From contig NMRA01000062.1 in the NCBI GenBank assembly GCA_002633005.1, positions 481,981 to 545,980 on the forward strand: a stretch of 64,000 nt of DNA. Direction: 5' to 3'. The stretch's first letter is position 1; each line of letters opens with the position of its first letter. Made by a program: the position numbers and the translations under genes. A model generated the notes under the pieces. It had not been told where the DNA came from. It made no database searches and saw only the letters and a list, made by a program, of their open reading frames with translations. This DNA is from Phoronis australis. Its lineage: Eukaryota > Animalia > Phoronida. This document shows, piece after piece, positions 25,136 to 36,320 of the stretch.

Positions 25136-25899
25136 TAGCTTCTCGCAGCCGTTTTATTTGGTTAATTCATCCGCTATTTCCCTATCAGGGTAGTCTTCAC
25201 TCTAAGCAGTCTACAACATCTGAATGTCTATACCAGGGGAACGTTGCTTAACAACTGATTGCTACTCACGATTTAAAAGAGACAACTACATGTACGACAC
25301 TCCTTTAAAGATTACTCACCAGATTGTAATACTGAAGGTGGACTACTTATATACGCCAGAAATGGATTGTGTTTATAAAAAAGGTATTTCATGCAATTTA
25401 AAACGTATGGATGCTTACTTTATCGTATCAAGATACACAACAAACACACAGCTATTGAAACCTCCAGACAATTACATGCACATAAGTATTTTAGATGTAT
25501 TTACGGATGCCATTATTAAATCGAGCGCAGATAACAAAGAACACGTTGTAGCCAACAATCCCAACAAGATTGAGCTGTCCAATATCCCCATTAAGTTGCA
25601 TCGAAAACATTTCCCTTCAAAAGCTCACAGTTCAACAAAAATAAGCGTAAAATTAATCCATGGATAAAACAAAACAAAGTCTTCATATTTCAGTAAAAAA
25701 AGACAGACAACACAGAATATAAAAGTTACATCCACAACAAGAACTCAAAAAATATGAATAAGATTCCAGAAAGACATGAAATGTGATCAAGAGTGTTTTC
25801 AAAACAAACAACAACTTTTCCAAATTATTAAAATATTCAACAAAACAAAAAGATAAGATATTTGATAAAACGCCAATAGCCCATGAGTACATGCACACA

Positions 25900-27600
25900 T
25901 TTCTTTATAAATATTGGATGATTATTAGCTAAGAAATTACCAGTCCACCCACACCCTAAATTTGATTATTTCTAATCCAATTCTACGCGAAATAAAGATT
26001 AAATTTCAAGCAGTTAATAACGACAATGTTTTAAAGTCCTTGGGTAATATCAAATCTAAATCTAGCACGTGAGTTGACATCATTTCCACCAAACACGTGA
26101 AACTGATTAGTCTGGTCATAATAAATCACTCACTAGCATTACCATTCAATGTTTCAACACAGGTGATTTTCCAACTTATTTGGAAATTGGCAAAGTTGTG
26201 CCTACGTATACGTACATTTAGGAAGCGACTTAGATGGAAACATTAATAGCAACTGTAGGCAACTCTACTTCAAGCCTCATCAAAATTATTTGAAAAAATG
26301 CCTATGACCAGGTGTATGACTATTTTACTACAAACAATTTCTTATGGGTGTTTTTCAGAAATTAAGATCAGCAGATCTTGAACACTCGAACTAACTGACA
26401 GAATCAACGGACAGGGAGATGAACCCAACAAACATATTTTAGACCTTTCAAAAACCTTTAACACGGTATACCACTGTATATTTCTAGATATACTTTCATT
26501 TTACTGTATAATTGGAGTCGAGCATTTATTCTTCAAAAATTGTTTTACCAATGGAAGCAAATGTGTTTTATATGACAATTCCCACTCCCAAATTTCAACT
26601 ATCATCACAGGCGTACTCGAAAAAATATATTCTTGGTTCCATTTTTTTCTTATTTATGTAAACAACCTCAACAAATCAATATCCCTGGCACACATGTATA
26701 CAATATTTGCTGATGACACCAGTCTTATTCACATACCTTCATCTACAAAATTAACAGACAACGAAATTAAAACTATAACTAATAATAAGCTATGAGACAT
26801 ATTCCGATGGTTATCAGTCGCCAAACAGTCGGTAAATATCACCAAAACTAAATTCACAGTATTCCACTTCCCTCAGAAAAAGAACGAATTAATAATTAAT
26901 ACCTAAACTTACGCTAAACAGTGATAACCTAACTCTTTGTTAAAACAAGTTTTGGCAATAAAGTTTGACAACTCTTTATCCTGGTCTGTACGTATTAATC
27001 TGGTGGGATCAAAAATTGCACAAAGCTTATATATACTTAAAAAACTCAATAAATGCCCTCCTTTATCCACGTTGCCTAGGATTTACGTCTCCTTGATCCT
27101 ACTTTTGGCATCACATTGTGGGGATATGAAAATTTCAGCATATTCCAATTCTTTCGGAACGAGTCTTGTAAATAATCATCAACTCACACTTCTTTGTCCA
27201 TGTAAATCCAATAAGCAAATTAAAAATGACACATCTTGAAGACTTAATATATCCTGCTTGAAAATAAATTCCATTTTTTCACATTCAACTTCCACACTAC
27301 TTTCAAAACAATTTCATTTGCTATCACAACCAAAACAACAGCCCAATAAGAAATTTTTGTTCCCCAGATGTCTTATGAAACTTACTACTACAACGCTATC
27401 CTCCAGACTACATTTTACAAACCAGCCACTATATCTAACTGTATACGTTTTCGCAATCCTAAAATCGTAAATGAAAATAAAATACCCTCTTTAGATCTAA
27501 AAAACATATACATCCATCAACTTGCCGGACTGTCACGATATTACAGGAACAAAATTTTAGATACTTACGTATTAATTATGCAATAACTTAACTTGCTTCT
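25900..27600 (+). mobile_element. Degenerate CR1-group LINE RT fragment
   Basis: Remnants GDFP..EIGKVVP, LDLSKTFNTV.H, FLIYVNNL, IFADDT, FDNSLSW. Confidence 0.8.
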
Positions 27601-27667
27601 CCTGCCACCATCGTAAATAACCATGACCAAATTTCACTATTACACAGAAACATTACTCCTTTTTGCT

Positions 27668-27740
27668 CACGCACACGCACAAACATACACGAGGACGCAC
27701 GCGCACAAACATACACGAGCACGCACGCGCACAAACATAC
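27668..27740 (+). repeat. Short minisatellite (cacgcacgcgcacaaacatacacgag) x ~2.7
   Basis: Direct reading, 26-bp period. Confidence 0.8.
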
Positions 27741-28938
27741 AATAGTCATCACTTTTAAATGAACAACTTGCTTACCATGTTGAATGCTGTGGAGTGTAGA
27801 TGTGAAGCACCCATTCATTCATTGTTACCAAGGTGTCAGGTGTAATTATTTATTGAAGGATTAATCTGCTCTTGATTCCATATGTCTGTGATTGACTGTA
27901 TTTCACTAATTGTTTTGTAAGCCTGTGCCTCTCTCTGTGTCTCTCTCCCTTCCCCCCTCTCTCTCGCTAACTCGCCACCTGTCGTACATTTCGTGACACC
28001 CTGTGGACATGTACATGTATTGTGCACTGTGTTTCGTTTTTGCGGCTATCAAAATTAAAATCTCGATACATTTTATAATACGTTTCTCCAAAGCTCAATT
28101 CTTGAAATTTTGTCTTCTCTACACTCTAAAAACAGCTGTATAGTTTTATTGTTATCTGAAATGCTAAGTACAAGTGGCAAGTTTTATATTAGTGGAAATA
28201 AATGCCCTTATTTAAGACAGTTGAGTGGTTTTATTTTAGTTAAAGGCAAGAGTCCATACCTGATGCGCTAAACACGGCTGGAAGAATTTTTGTTATTGCA
28301 AATAAAATGCTCCTATGTGACGTGTAAATGTGAAAACACTCATCCGAGAACTTACAAGTTAGAGCACACGCATTACACGTGTATAACAGTTTCATAGAAA
28401 CATAGGTATGTCTAGATTATCACTTGTAGTATTTGACAATGTCTAAGGCTGGCAATTGCGTAATAATATCTAAATTTGCGTAATTATATCTAAATTGAAT
28501 GTTCTTGTTGTATCAGTTTCTGTGAAAATTTCGAAGTAAGTGAGTTGCGTCAACTAGGAATTCGGAGCCCTTCAAGCTGATAAGAATGTCTACTCCGGAA
28601 AATTGTGTGCATGTCCGTTGTAACATAGTACGGAAAACTGTAATAAACCATTACGTTTCGATGTGCCTGAGAGCAAGACAAGCCTATTGCATGGCGTGTC
28701 AATCACTTCAGGTGTTACCTGTGAAATCTTACGGTGTAGCAACTTTCGATATCTACCGAATTCATTCTAAAGTTGTGACATAGGTATAAGGGTGCAGCAT
28801 ATCACAACGACTCAGAATTTTAGCATATGCAATGTGTACCATAACGGAACTGCATTTTCTAACAGTTGACGATTAAAAAGATTTTGTAGCAAAGTATTTC
28901 GTATACAATGCAACTATAGAGTAACCGATACCCTTGGG

Positions 28939-29198
28939 GGTCGCTCATATTGACAAGGTACCTGCCGGAGAGCGTGTCCCTCAAAGTTTGAGGGACACGC
29001 GCGGGGTCCAATAGGCCTTTGAATTTCCATTTTGTCCCCGAAAAAGGCCCACTGCATAGGCCTCAACCCCCAAAGGAAGCACTGGCCGTCTTCCTATAGA
29101 AAAATCTACCCCGCAAAGGGGGCCAGTTGGGAATTGGCAGACTTGGCAACAGCAGTTTTTGGTACACGCCTGCGGACACCTTGTCAATATGAGTGACC
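28939..29198. mobile_element. Small MITE
   Basis: TIR ggtcgctcatattgacaaggt / accttgtcaatatgagtgacc. Confidence 0.7.
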
Positions 29199-29364
29199 TT
29201 CCGAGCATAAAACCTAGCTGCTACAGACGAGATGAAAGACATACACTGTACCGGTTCTGCTTCTTGATTCACCATGCCTTTGAAGAGAAATGGGGTTGAC
29301 CTTGTCCTTCAACGGCCGATGACCTGTCTGTCAGCTGAACCAGGCTCCCGTTGAGTAACGCTAG

Positions 29365-29888
29365 CTCTCTGGTATCACGCAGTAGCACGCGCTTTACCAT
29401 TGGTTGACGTAACTTCAGCAGTCATTGGTTAGCTTCACAACACCGTGAAAAAATGGCGCACTGTGAACTATTTTTAGCCTTGTCATGCTTCTGCAGTAAT
29501 GTTTAATAGCCGCTTGCTTGAAGCACGTACATGTACAATAAAAGCATATCTGGCCAGTTTAACCGGTGTGTTATTCATACTGCATAAATACAGGACAGTA
29601 TCGTAAACAAAAGTCATCGACAGCAGAAAGATGCATTCCGAAAAGGCTCAACCACATTTTCTTGGATTCACATCTCCTGAACATAAATTTTAAGCACCTC
29701 AGTCCATCAGTCATGCCAGCATAGACTATAGAGTATCTATGATGCTAGTTTGTTTGCGTAAAGCGCTACCTGTTGAGAATTTGACTAGCCAGTCAGAAAC
29801 GCTGGTGTAAAAAAGTTTCCCAAGGAAAATTAAGTGACACCTGCGTGCTGGCTACCCACCACCTAGAGGCACGCAGGGAACCAGCGAG
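29365..29888 (+). mobile_element. MITE family 1 copy inserted in a smaller repeat (29340-30030, related to 40968-41116)
   Basis: Same body and 3' TIR; flanks taacgctag/caatgctag. Confidence 0.8.
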
Positions 29889-30039
29889 CAATGCTAGGAC
29901 CTCGCTAAAAAGCAAGACTTCGCGAGATTTAGTGAGATATTGCCGTGTATTTTAAAGAAAACACGTGACGTTCACTCAATAGATTTTAGCTAGGTCATGG
30001 CGTAAGTCCTAGCGTTACTGAACGCACGCCAGGTTTTCA

Positions 30040-30620
30040 AACAGATCTTACAAGGTTTTTGATAACATTCATATCCGTTGAGGAGACCACAACAAGCGAC
30101 AAGACAAGAATACAAAAGTTATGCCTATCAATCAAAATGTTTGTAGAGCATTGAATGACGGTGAATGCGGAACTTCCAAAACACATCATGATGCAATCTA
30201 CAGCTTTGAGACACAGGTATAGACAGTTCACCACAATTCACAACGTATTTGGGGACATTTTGAATCGTACTAATGTGGCATCGAGATGGAAACAGCGATT
30301 TCAAGTGCAATGAATGAAATATCATCACATATCACACCTTAGATAGTCAAAGGACAAGGCAACGCTTTGTTTCCTTCGGCATGGGGCAACCCAACTAAAA
30401 TCCGCACAGACATTAATGGATTCAAGAGTAGAAATTGCAGCTGTTGGGATCATGATTAAAGAAAGTATACCGCAGTTACCCAAATGGTCTTCCTTCTGAA
30501 CTAAAGCTACTAACATCGGACAGTATAGAAACAGGAAAAACCTGACCCCAGTGCTCCGCTCTGTTCGTATCAAAAACCGGAATAGACCGTAATTTCCTGT
30601 ATGTGCGATAATCACATTGT
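30040..30620 (+). mobile_element. Old fragment of another Academ-type transposase
   Basis: Frameshifted translation LPKHIMM..ALRH.Y.. / EMETAISSAMNEISSHITP*IVKGQGNALFPSAWGN resembles the central region of this transposase family. Confidence 0.5.
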
Positions 30621-31169
30621 CTGCTGAGCATTAGTCGCCGCAGTGATATAGCGCTATGGTAAGGTATTACGAGACAGGGAATCACGGCAGGTAAACTGTT
30701 CTCGCACAGGCATGGGCTGTGCACGATAGAAGGCTGGGAGGCTATGGGCCCCCACTTTTCAGTGCCGCGCGGCCCATTTCCGCTACGGGTACAGTCCCAT
30801 CGCAGATTTATACAATAGGCTATTATGCACCCATCATTGAGTTCATCACAGAATGAGCAACAATTGCCATGGAAAATCTGAGGTTTCGCAAAAGGTAAGC
30901 TATTCTTTGAAGATTGAAAAACGGTTCTGTGTCCCACACTTTCAGACTTGTAGTATTTATCATGGATGCGTTCCGTAGAACCAGTGCGACCGCGTGCTTC
31001 GCTTGTAATGCATTGCGGTATCTCGCGATGACTTGCGTGATCTTGAACAGAATCAGGGGGCTTGATCGGAATTTTACAATAGATGCTAGTACATGGAGTC
31101 TTATCTACACATACATGCAAAATCTATGACTTGGGTTTTGAATGTGCAAAACAGAAACGATAAGATATA

Positions 31170-32310
31170 TTAATAATAAGCACACATGTTGGAAACTTTA
31201 TCAGCACATGATTTCCGCCCTGGTTCGCACAGTCCAGGATGGCCGACAGGGTCCGCTAGTGGTGACTGCTTTTGGTCCCTCCATTCACTTTTAAAGAGGC
31301 ACTTTTCATCACCCAATTCCTTGCCGTTGCTAATACCGTCACCATCCGAGTCTGTCTTGCATAGCTTCTTTGTCCATTTCTTCAAAGTGCGTTGGAAGTA
31401 GAAGAGAGACGAGAATCACCATAAAAGTGTAAAGGTACCTACTTCTAAATATCCTTGCACGTTTCTATAAAAAGTCTTGCAGTCAATTATTGACAATGCT
31501 GCTGGTTCCATCCTCGTGCCGTTGTAAAGTTAAAGCGATGCAATGTGTTATGTGCAAACCATTTACGGATAAATAACAACTACCATTTGTAGTAATTAAC
31601 TTGAAACGAATACAAAACAAATTGAGATGAACTGTGCCACCCATTTTTCAATTTTTGAGTTAAAGCTGGAGTGATTTTTGATGATCACAAAGCCAGATGT
31701 TCTGAAAGTTTAAATTTTCTTTCTCATAAAGACCAGCCCTGTCTTGCAAAAGTGGCATGGGAAAATAAGACTACATATCTAAAGTGCGTTGCTCTCAAAC
31801 CCACTATTCAAAAACCACCCTACAAGACATTAGAACGACCGTTTTATCATCTTCAACCACTCCACTGACTGGCCTACGTTAATGATATGGCAAATTCTTA
31901 CGACAGTGACACGAACTGCTAACTTTGGTCTTCACGACAGTCGATTGAGAGATACGACTGCGAATGAAACATTCCCGACGAACTTACTACAGGCTTTCCG
32001 ACACTGTGTCCACCATTGTGGGACTTAGGCAAAAGACAAACAGTACTGGGTACAACGCATAGTGACATAGTTCCAATAATACTAAAACCATGGAGCTCAC
32101 AAAGTTTTGTTCTTTAAAATCACGTCCAAATCTGTTTAATATCCCGCCACCCCACGAGTTAATGTGCCCGACTCCTCGCCACAATTCTCCTTTGTTGCAT
32201 GGATGGGGCACTTTATGTCCGTTTGGAATTTCGTACATCAAGTTGGGGTTTCCAGCAACGGAGCGCATAATCAAAAAGTACATAAGCCAACAGGGTCGTG
32301 TATTCCACAT
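31170..32310 (-). CDS. Temptin-like secreted protein A, join(32101-32310,31170-31379), 139 aa
   Basis: Signal peptide, then IPNGHKVPHPC..WRGVGH...GGG.LN.FG.DF | WTKKLCKTDSDGDGISNGKELGDEKC..GHPG, the motif set of Aplysia temptin. Phase-0 intron GTGAGC..tttgaag. Confidence 0.92.
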
Positions 32311-32596
32311 TGTCTACAATGCGTGATACATGTTTACGTCACAGAAAATCATCACTGCTTATTCGGTAATGGTAGCATCACGATGGCCCAAAGATCCGTT
32401 TTGTGTATTGTATATTTCTCTATACTTTCAATCAACGAAGTTTTCACATTCTTTTCTCTAATCAGTTCAATGTTGTTTTGAACGATAATCAAACAAAACA
32501 TTTACTAACAGCCTTTGGAACATCAACGAATGACTTGAAAATTGCAGAATGAATGTTCATAGCTGGCGCCGTTACTTAGCATAGGGAGTAAAGTAG

Positions 32597-32914
32597 TTAC
32601 CTGTCGGCAACCTGTTTGTGTTTACGGACCGAGCTTTCGATCCCGTCTTGGGTCCTTGTAAGGGTTACTGACACGAATGTTCGCGTCACATGGTCACCAG
32701 TGGGTGGTCTTTGGTGGTTGTACAACACCACCTGTTGGCTGTTACTTGCGAGGAGGCACTGGTAAATAGCTGGTAATTTGTACCCGCTGTCCCTGTTCAA
32801 TTTTGGTTTATTGGTCTTGATTTCGACTGCTTCTATGACTTTACAATTACAATATTTATTTCCTCTAGATATTGTTTTGACTGTAGGTTTGTTAATGTTG
32901 TGCAATATGTCCAT
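32597..32914 (-). mobile_element. Penelope-like element 3' fragment (end of GIY-YIG domain)
   Basis: KVIEAVEIKTNKPKLNRDSGYKLPAIYQ.LL, the characteristic EA..I....P.LNRD.G motif. Confidence 0.8.
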
Positions 32915-33203
32915 ACGATGTTCTACGTCTGTAGGTTTGTCAGATGATATGTTAAAGTGTTCTAAAGTACTGAAACACCTGTTCTTTATTTTTATGATTA
33001 TACTTTAGAAAGACTCCGCCTTTTCTGTTGTCACACTGCAGTATGAGGTACGAGTTTATTATCTACTCGGTTCGGGATGGAAATGTGTGGCTGAAGAGTT
33101 GGAATGTCTGCTACCTACAGAATCCGACAAAGTCTCTGCTCCTTCACAAATCGCCGATGGATGACTTAAATAAACATCAGGCAGCGATAACAAAAGCAAC
33201 AGC

Positions 33204-33422
33204 ATGCGCGCACCCAGCCTAAAATATAGAGGGGCTCGAATTTTTCAGTATGTGGACCTTTTACTGAAAAAACGGGGACTCAAAAAACGGGGTACTGGGC
33301 CTACGTCTATGAATTGTGCATTCCCGCCGAATTCCTGTGGCCTTGTGTCTCGTTTTCTCGGACTCTTTGTTTCTCTGACCTTTTTGCCCACTTCGCCAAA
33401 GGGGGGGGGGGCTGCCCGCATG
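33204..33422 (+). repeat. Interspersed repeat, second direct copy at 34305-34522
   Basis: atgcgcgcacccagcctaa..gggctcgaa..tgtggaccttttac..ttttgcccacttcg..aagggg shared. Confidence 0.75.
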
Positions 33423-33576
33423 TAAGTAAATGCGCACGTGAAAGTTTGCATCTAAATTTTACCAGGAATACAAATAATTTATTTATTAGGCAATGGTGTA
33501 AAGTTTTACAACTGCAAAAAAGACCATTGCTCTAGTGAAAGTATTTTTGACACCAAAAGTAACATTTTAACAATCA

Positions 33577-33823
33577 TTAAACAACAACAACTTTACGAAT
33601 TCCAACAAGAACTTCACAAATATAATTTTCTTTGTGTTTGCACTTCCAGCGACCGACGTCACAGTAACCCGGATGTCCAAGTGGCACACTGAAGTTTCCA
33701 GTCGAGGCCTTGGGGTCGCCCACTTCCGTTAGACACGAATAAACAGTTCTTATCACCTAACTCTACGCCGTTAGTCAATCCGTCATGAGCTGAATCTAGA
33801 CGACACAGTCGTTTGTTCCATCT
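33577..33823 (-). pseudogene. Orphan, frameshifted temptin exon-2 copy
   Basis: tatttag acceptor, then RWNKRLCRLDSAHDGLTNGVELGDKNCLF...WKL [+1 nt] SVPLGHPGYCDVGRWKCKHKENYICE; in-frame TGA at 33661-33659; no exon 1 of its own. Confidence 0.8.
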
Positions 33824-33920
33824 CTAAATAAACATTAACACCACTTGCGAGACTACTGAAAATAATCGACTTGTAACATGATTAGAGGTGGCATACCAGC
33901 ACGTCTTCTGATCTGGTTCG

Positions 33921-35951
33921 TTAATCGTTGCACGTGTACCCGATTGTAGTCAGGCAGACTTCTCTGTTGGACTCGCAGAATCCTGGATGTCCTATGGGTG
34001 GGTTGAGGTCCCAAGGAAAGGTTCCGCCTCCTCCGTCATCGTCAACTTTGAACTGACATTTGATATCGCCTAACTCAACCCCATTGCTGTATCCATCTCC
34101 GTCCGAATCCTTCATGCATAATTTGAAGTCCCAGAGCTGGTTACAAACACGTACAATATTACGATTGGCCTTTCATGTTACTAGTTTTGTTACCACGCAA
34201 TAGATGGCGATTGGCAATACTAATCTAATAATTACGAAACCATATTCGTAATAGAACAGTGACACATGTACCCTTTTATTGACGGGGTTGCACACACAAC
34301 GCAAATGTGCGCACCCAGCCTAATGAATGATGGGCTCGAAATTTTGAGAATGTGGACCTTTTATTAAGATTCATGGAGTACGTTCAGAGCTTTAGATTGT
34401 GCATTCGTCGAATTGTAGTACAGGTGTAGTACTGGCCTTTTCCCACTTTTTCGGAGTTGTTGCGTCCCTGTCTAAGGCTGTTCTTTTTTGCCCACTTCGT
34501 CAAATGGGAGGGTGGGCGCATGCATTACTGTCATAGAGATCATTTATGAAATTTTGCCATTGCCTGTTTTGGTTCCTTTGGAAACGGTTATTTCTCCCTG
34601 TATAACCTAAGGACCCAAAATTTCCATCCCTCAGGCATTCTCATTAACAGTGCTCTTTTCTTATCAACGCAAAATACTTTTGACAAGCTGCAATTCTTTT
34701 CTCATCAACCACAGTTTAATTCTTAGCAACTACCGTAAGTTATTTTCTCATTGACAGCCTTTTGTTTATCATGAACGGCGTTTTGGTCCCGAACTTTTAT
34801 TATTTTGGGATGACCTAGGCTATTTAATGGTTAGAGGGCGCTGTATTCGTGAACAAAACCGAGGTAAACGCATACTAGAAAGGCAAAAACTTGAACATAT
34901 TCTTGAAAATATTACAGCGAATAGTTTAAACATCTAAAGAGAGTTAAAGAGAGATAGTTTTATTTTTGTTTATGAAACTTTTGACATCTTTCATAAAAAT
35001 CGTAAGCCCTATTTTGATAGCTCCTCTTGCGAAAATGGAAAAGTTTAAAAACAATACCTAACATTTGTTGGTAGAGAGATCATAAAGCATAGTATGTGAA
35101 CGTTTGATATACATTGTCTTATCTTGATCAGCCATGTGTGACATATGACGTTTAGAATTTGGCCATTTGTGGAAATCTGTTTCTATTGAAGGGTCAAAAC
35201 CTCAAAACCAACCCGAAGTTGATACTTATCATACTACAGTAATTATGACAGATATCAAAAATCAAACTGTCGAACATAAAACCACCATCAAGTCAGATGA
35301 TCCCAAAAGCACCTAAAACGGCCCTTAAGCGGCCCTTCAAGCGGCACTTAAGCGGCACTTAAGCGACCTCTCATCCCAAATAATTCTTATTTAGACTTCT
35401 TAGCGCAAATAAATGAGTGTGAAGTTGTTCTTTAGATAAGTAAATTAGAAACGACTTCAGGGCTTCCAAAGGACTGACAGTTCACCCGTTACAAGTTGGC
35501 TTGCTGCGAAAACTCTATTGATCTTTGGTGCACCGAACATGGTCACAAGGAATTATAACGAAGTGCTGTCCGTTACAAGCCCAGAAAACACTTTGAATAT
35601 GAGTAAGGAATGTTGAAATCAATTTTACAGCGGAAATAGGTCTAAATCAAAAGTTAGATTTTTTCCGGAGCGTAGCTTTATAGCCGCTTTCGACTCCACG
35701 ACTTTCTCAGCACAGCAGCTAAGACATTTTACACTAACAGCACGTACGTAATTGTTTGCCTTGAAGTCGATACCAAAAGCGTTGAGCTCTCCCCCGCCAC
35801 CGTCGTTCTTATGGCCCACCCCTTTCCACAGTTCGCCATTGTTGCAGGGGTGCGGCACGCGATGCCCGTTCGGAATCTCAAAACGAAGGTTGGGGTTGGC
35901 ACTGATCGCGCCAACAAACAAAATGATTACTACAGATCTCGTACGAAACAT
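33921..35951 (-). CDS. Temptin-like secreted protein B, join(35748-35951,33921-34136), 139 aa (alternative upstream ATG at 36008)
   Basis: MFRTRSVVIILFVGAISA signal; IPNGHRVPHPCNNGELWKGVGH..GGGGELNAFGIDF | LWDFKLCMKDSDGDGYSNGVELGDIKC..GHPGFC. Intron at the same position and phase as in gene A. Confidence 0.92.
35318..35368 (+). repeat. 11-bp tandem repeat (gcggcccttaa/gcggcacttaa) x ~4.5
   Basis: Direct reading; lies in the temptin B intron. Confidence 0.75.
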
Positions 35952-36097
35952 CACCAACGAATGCACAACTAACTGTTCTATGTACGTCACAATTAGTGAC
36001 GAAGACATTACTTAACGTTGGCTATTATTACATTATATGTCAAACCAAGTATAGGATAAATTACAAATAGCTCACTTGCGAGTTTCTCATTAGTCAG

Positions 36098-36320
36098 TGT
36101 GACGTCACCGGAAGGGGGCAAAACCCGCCCTATTGCTCTTGTTTTGCCCCGAGTCTTTGCCACACACGCTAAATCTTACTGGAGTTCTTATGGTGTATTT
36201 TACGCTTAAAACGTTAACACAACTTAAGAGATGGTAGATGGATCGTGGACTGTGAAAGGACCAAGAAAATGTGAACTTGTTATGTGGTGCGAAGGTGTGA
36301 ACGGACTGAAATTGGAACTC
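36098..36320 (+). repeat. Interspersed repeat, second copy at 40601-40820
   Basis: gtgacgtcaccggaag..cacacgctaaatcttactggagttcttatgg.. shared by both loci. Confidence 0.75.

Noticed and set aside
30476-31120. 214-aa minus-strand ORF
   Set aside because: Spans a hairpin repeat and the antisense of a transposase remnant; no recognisable domain
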